DNA of 64,000 bases, taken from the NCBI GenBank assembly GCA_009914755.4, contig CP068257.2, positions 34,912,001 to 34,976,000 on the forward strand. Reading direction: 5' to 3'. Of this stretch, positions 58,958 to 64,000 are shown one piece after another (within the stretch, counting starts at the first letter, position 1; every line of letters starts with the position of its first letter). Made by a program: the position numbers and the translations under genes. The notes beneath the pieces are model-generated. The model was given only the letters and a program-made list of their open reading frames with translations. It was not told where the DNA came from and ran no database searches. The stretch is from the human T2T-CHM13v2.0 reference genome, Homo sapiens.

Positions 58958-60595
58958 TCACCACTTTCTAAGCCTGCATTTGCTGACCATCCCCACATCC
59001 TAAACCAAGCCCTCTGACCTCAGTTGTTCCTGCGAGGATGCCTTGTCCGGAGATGGCAGAGGTTCCCGCCACTGCTTTTCCGTGCCTGCCCTCCCGCCAC
59101 TGCTTTTCCCAGCACACCCTGCCACCCCAGTGTGGAGGCTCCACTGACCATCACGGGGAGAGTTCTATCGGCACCCGCCTCCTGCCCCTGTGAGATGCGT
59201 CTTGGGGGAGTCATGTGGCCTCTTGACACCTCAATTGCCTCACTGGCAAGCTAGGGATAATAATGTCACCTCCTGAATCAGCGTGGGCATTCAGGAGCTA
59301 CTGAGTGTGTAAAACCCTGCAAAAGGCAGAGGCCACTCCCATGCCAGAAACAGTCTCCACGTCTCCTTCTACAGACCCCTCCTCCGAGTCCCCTTGGTCC
59401 CCAAGGACAGCACCAGCCATCCTGTCTCCATGGCCTTTGTGTTATCAGTAGGGCTGCCAGACGAAACACAAGACACCCAGTTAAATTTAAATTTCAGATA
59501 AACAACAAATAATATTGAGTATAAACATGTCCCGTGCAATATTTTCATTTGCTATATCTAGTGACCTGAATCTAATGAGAGGGCACGTTTCATAGGGCTG
59601 GACACCATGTGTGTTTCATCTGTGCTCCCCAACCCTCCCTCCTCCCTCCCCAGCCTGGCACACTGCCGGGCACATGGCCTCAGTATCCAATAGGCCGGCG
59701 GTTCTCAGCAGGGTCAGGACTGCCCCCTAGGGGCTATTTTGGAAATTCGAGGAAGCCTTTGTGATTGGCAGGATTACAGTGGGGGACTTCCTGGCCTTGA
59801 GGGGACAGGAGCCAGGGGTGCTCCAGGACCTGCCAGAATTGTCCTCTCTGTAGAGAGTTGTCCTTTACCCCACACACCATTCAGGTAAATGACAAACCCG
59901 CTTAGGACCGTCTGAGCCTGGAAACTCACTCCATAGGAACATAAAGTGGATTTTGTGCTGTATTTCCAGGAATGCAACTACTGTACTTTGTTTTAGTCTC
60001 ATGACAAATTGCATCTGTGGTTTTGAGGCCTAGGTATATTACACCTGCATCAGCCCCTCTTTGTGGCTGTGGATTCCTTCAATTGCCTCTTTCTGATGGC
60101 TTCATTGTGTCTTCTAGTGTAGATAGAGTGAGTGCTCAAGCACATTAGGCATTGAATATATTTTACTTTATTACAACCCTCCACTTTCCTTGTATTTCCT
60201 TCATATTGCACTTAATATATTATGTGTACTTAATGCATGTCTCTCATTTCAGATTCTGTGTCGTGATAGGTATATGTAACAGGAATCTGCACTATCGTCT
60301 GTGGTTTTTGTTTCAGGATGGTAAAAAGGCTGTTATAAAAGATTTGTTATGAAAGGGGTCACCCCTAGAACAGTTCTGTGTCTTGATCATAGTGGCGGTT
60401 ACATGAATTTTAACATGTGATAAAAAGACTTAGAACGATTGCATACACATTGTGCCAATGCCAAGTTTCTCATTTTGCTACTGGACCACTGTTACAGAAG
60501 ATGGAGCCATCAGGGTAAACTGAGGAAAAGATACACAGGAGCTCTTTGATTATCTTGGCAGCTTCTCTTGCATCGAGCATGATTTCAATATTTAA

Positions 60596-60916
<321 letters not shown>

Positions 60917-61285
60917 GTTAATTTATTTATTTTTAACTTTTATTTTAGTTTCGGGAGTACGTGTGCAGGCTGGTTATATAGTTAAATTAGCATCACGGGT
61001 TTATTGCACAGATTATTTCACCACCCAGGTATTAAGCCCCGTACCCAGTAATTATCTTTTCTGCTCCTCTCCCTCCTCCCACCCTCCCCCTCAAGTCAGC
61101 CCCAGTGTGTGTTGTTCCCTTCTCTGTGCTCCTGAGTTCTCATCATTTAGATCCCACTTATAAATGAGAACATGCGGTATTTGGTTTTCCGTTCCTGTGT
61201 TAGTTTGCTAAGGATAACGGTGTCCAGCTCCATCCATTTCCCTGCAAAGAAAATGATCTCCTTCTTAAAAAAATTATCCTTTTAA
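60917..61285 (-). mobile_element. L1 3'-end (3'UTR plus end of ORF2), antisense, L1PA-like
   Basis: TTTTAACTTTTATTTTAGTTTCGGGAGTACGTGTGCAGGCTGGTTATATAGTTAAATTAGCATCACGGGTTTATTGCACAGATTATTTCACCACCCAGGTATTAAGCCCCGTACCCAGTAATTATC...CATCATTTAGATCCCACTTATAAATGAGAACATGCGGTATTTGGTTTTCCGTTCCTGTGTTAGTTTGCTAAGGATAACGGTGTCCAGCTCCATCCATTTCCCTGCAAAG. Confidence 0.85.
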
Positions 61286-61804
61286 GCGAGAGGAGTCACC
61301 AAGTCCTGACTTCAGGTTGAGAGCCACCCAAGAGGTGGATCCAAGGGTTTCTCTTCCAGCCTGCCGGCTAGTCCTGCTTTGTGTGGAGTTCCTCCTCAGG
61401 AGAGCTTGCCTACGGGAAGGTGCAAGCACCTGAGAGCTCCATCCACTTCCCAGCAGCAGAAACGGGGAGCCGGGCTGCTGCTTCCACTCCTATCTCCAGC
61501 CCTTGGTTGCTTGTCCTTTGGGGTAGCCAGACGCAGGCTCAAACCCCAGGTCGTATGGCAGGTGGCCTGGCCTTAGAAAGTCTAAATGAAGGCAGAGGGG
61601 CCTCGGCGGGTCACACCCCTCTGCACTGGCTGAGGCCCATCGCCCACCTGGCTCCCCTGCCAGCCCCCAGACCCCGGCCCCTACCCCTCACTTCTCACTG
61701 TCGGTGGGCTGCTTCCCTCACTTCTCCCTCCAAATCCACCTGCACACCTGGGCCACGTCCTCTGCAGAATAAGGGAGGCCTTGAATGTGAACTAATTTTA
61801 TTTA

Positions 61805-61952
61805 GCGTAAGCCCGGCTGCCCGGGTCTTCTGTGCACGTCTCCCAACTGGGATCTCTGGAATCTCTCTCTCCTGGCTGTCAGGTGCACCTGCCCACCAGG
61901 CCTCACAGCCCGCATCACTACAGATCCAGCCGGGGTGAGTCACCAACAGCAA
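61805..61952 (+). repeat. Copy 1 of a 150-bp low-copy direct repeat (unclassified), ends in ...CAGATCCAGCCGGGGTGAGTCACC
   Basis: about 92 percent identical to 63158-63309 by eye alignment. Confidence 0.8.
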
Positions 61953-62311
61953 AAAAAGGGGGTGGGAGGAGAATGCACGTGTACACACTTCAGAATTTGT
62001 GAAGCTCTCCTCCATTCCTGGCTCCGTGTCAGGCACCAAACAGACACATAATTCACAAGTTCTCCCATCTGCCCTGAAGGATTCAAGGTCAGACAGTAGA
62101 ACTGGGGGGCCACTGTCATCCCAGGGTGCCTCCTTACACATCTGAGCTGCGAGGAAGATTCCGCTCATCTGCAGGGAATTAAAGCAGGTGAGCAAACCGT
62201 TACTGCTCAGCTGCTGTTAGACAGTGGGATGGGAAATGCTTAACATTTGGAAAAGGAGAAAAGGAGGAAAAAGGGGATGATTTTAAAGACAGATAACTTA
62301 TTTCCTGGACA

Positions 62312-62398
62312 ACATTGAAATACATTAAAATATATTGAATTACGTTGAAATACATTGAAAAACATTGAAATTTCCTAGACAGCATGAAATACAACTTG
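62312..62398. repeat. Degenerate tandem about 10-bp unit (ACATTGAAAT) x6-7
   Basis: aacattgaaatacattaaaatatattgaattacgttgaaatacattgaaaaacattgaaatttcc...catgaaatacaac. Confidence 0.75.
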
Positions 62399-62454
62399 GT
62401 CTCTGGGCCCAAGGCCAGAACGGTGGTCCTGTTGCTCCTGTCTTAGGTGAGCTT

Positions 62455-62615
62455 GCTCCCCCCTCTCCTGGCCCTCTCTCCCTCTCTCCCCTTCTCTTCT
62501 CCTTCTCTCCTTCTCTCTCGCCCTCTTCCTTTCCTCTCTTCTGTTTGGTCTTCCTCCCTCTTTCTCTCTCTTCCTCTCCCTCCTGCTCTCTCTCCCCTAC
62601 TCCCTGCTTCTCTCC
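62455..62615. repeat. 160-bp near-pure polypyrimidine (CT-rich) tract; a second, less pure CT-rich tract at about 62745-62870
   Basis: ccctctcctggccctctctccctctctccccttctcttctccttctctccttctctctcgccctcttcctttcctctcttctg... Confidence 0.9.
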
Positions 62616-63157
62616 ATGTTATCCCAGGATTCCTCGTCACCTAACAACATTGTCACCTGCCTATGAGTGGGACGTTGAATGTGTCCATTCTGCAGGGAGA
62701 GAGGGACACTGACGGCTGCCCTTCATGGGGAAGCAGCATGTCTTTCCCCCTTTACTTTAAACCTCTTTGCTCCTCTGACTTTCCCATCTCTGTTCCCCTT
62801 CACCTCTCACCCTCTCTTTCTCATTGTCCTCTTTGTCTCCCTTTCCTTCCCCCTTTCTCATGGCAGAAACAGTGCCCTATTCTCACCAGTGACTTCCCGT
62901 CGCTGGAAGGTGGCATGTCCCGGCCTCCCTTGCAGCTAGAGGGACAAATGCTACTCCAGGCCCACCTGGAAAGCCCTGTGCAGCCCCGGCCACCTTGCCC
63001 ACTGCCTGAGGGCAAGCTTAGAGGCATGTGCTGGAAGAGTGGAGAGCCCCTACTCACTCTGCAGCGGACTTTGTCACACTGAGCCACTGAGACTGGGGGC
63101 TATTTGTTACCACAGCCAACCCCTGCCCATCCTAAAGATTACGCTCCTCCCCTCCAT

Positions 63158-63309
63158 GCATAAGCCCGGCTGCCTGGGTCTTCTGTGCACCTCTCCCTGC
63201 TGGGATCTCTGGAATCTCTCTCTCCTGGCTGCCAGGTGCACCTGCCCACCAGGCCTCACAGCCCACATCGCTTGCAGATCCAGCCGGGGTGAGTCACCAT
63301 CAATAGCAA
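63158..63309 (+). repeat. Copy 2 of the same 150-bp direct repeat
   Basis: GCATAAGCCCGGCTGCCTGGGTCTTCTGTGCACCTCTCCCTGCTGGGATCTCTGGAATCTCTCTCTCCTGGCTGCCAGGTGCACCTGCCCACCAGGCCTCACAGCCCACATCGCTTGCAGATCCAGCCGGGGTGAGTCACCATCAATAGCAA. Confidence 0.8.
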
Positions 63310-64000
63310 GGACCCAGTGCCCAGCAAGCCTCCATTCACTCCACTCCTTCACATTGGTGGGACAAGGCTGGGAGCTGAAGTCACAAAACAAGGCCTGGTA
63401 ACAACACTCCAGGCCCTGGAGAGCCCTCTGCCCCCGGGGCCCTGACAAGAGCCTCCCAGGGAAGGCTCCATGCCTCTGGGGAAGTGCTGGAAGCTCAGCA
63501 AGAAGCTCTCTGTGACTTAGACTGAGCCGGGCTGCGCAGGTGAGGTCCGCAGCATTCTGCTCTAGGAAGCTAGCCTTGACCGTGCTCATGACCTCCCAGC
63601 TCTCCAGCCCGAGGCATGCCCCAGTGGGAGAGGAGGAGGGTGCAGAGGAGAGCAGAGGAAATGGGTGCCATAATGGTTCATTTTATGCATCAAGTTGGCC
63701 AGGCCATGGTACCCAGTCGTTTGGCAAAACACCAGTGCAGATGTTTCTGTGAAGGTGTTTTTAGATGTGATTAACATTTACATCAGTAGACTTCAAGTAA
63801 AACAGATTATTCTCCACAATGTGGGTTGGCCTCGTCAATCAGTTGAAGGCCTTAAGAGGAAAGGCTGATGCCCTCCAGAATGAAGAAATTTTGCTTCCTG
63901 ACTGCGACATAGAAATTCTTCCAGAGTTTCCAGGCTTCATAGTCACGACTACAACATCAACTCTTGTCGAACTTTCCAGGCTGCCAGCCTGCCAGGCGGG

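Noticed and set aside
61381-62195. 185-aa plus and 166-aa minus ORFs overlapping each other
   Set aside because: Mutually overlapping opposite-strand frames in GC-rich DNA. The repeat copies are read in different frames, and there is no domain similarity. They are noise.

Overview
This window is primate (almost certainly human) nuclear genomic DNA, not a prokaryotic locus. I see no CRISPR array, operon or bacterial-style gene system.

Most of what can be read with confidence is interspersed repeats:
- About 25 Alu copies or fragments on both strands, many with readable target-site duplications. These include one near-consensus young AluY with a perfect 15-bp duplication.
- Several L1 pieces: two 5'-truncated L1 3' ends with target-site duplications, a ~3.9-kb antisense L1MA/L1PB-like element that has been interrupted twice, an L1M open-reading-frame-2 and 3'UTR piece, and a short open-reading-frame-2 remnant.
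- Ancient MIR and L2 tails.
- One Tigger-like DNA-transposon fossil.
- Many microsatellites and minisatellites: (GT)n, (GA)n, (TTCC)n, (AAAAC)n, an ~845-bp GT-rich complex minisatellite, a C-rich 22-mer tandem and a 160-bp polypyrimidine tract.

No open reading frame in the six-frame track has convincing coding character. The longest ones run through Alu, L1, simple repeats or GC-rich low-complexity DNA.

The only candidate functional non-repeat element is a CpG-rich island at about 12.64-13.26 kb. It carries an octamer motif (ATTTGCAT), TATA-like motifs and an E-box. On the minus strand it has an ATG-initiated short open reading frame that ends exactly at a consensus GTGAGT splice donor, which could be an unannotated first exon or bidirectional promoter.

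Other items worth a second look:
- A pair of ~150-bp direct repeats, 92 percent identical and 1.35 kb apart, each ending in GTGAGT.
- A 926-bp insertion inside the antisense L1 that carries a second copy of the adjacent L1/Alu junction.
- An inverted Alu pair 15 bp apart.
- A (TTCC)n microsatellite grown from an Alu tail.
- Sequence prone to G-quadruplex and H-DNA structures.

All coordinates were read by eye and are approximate to within a few bases.
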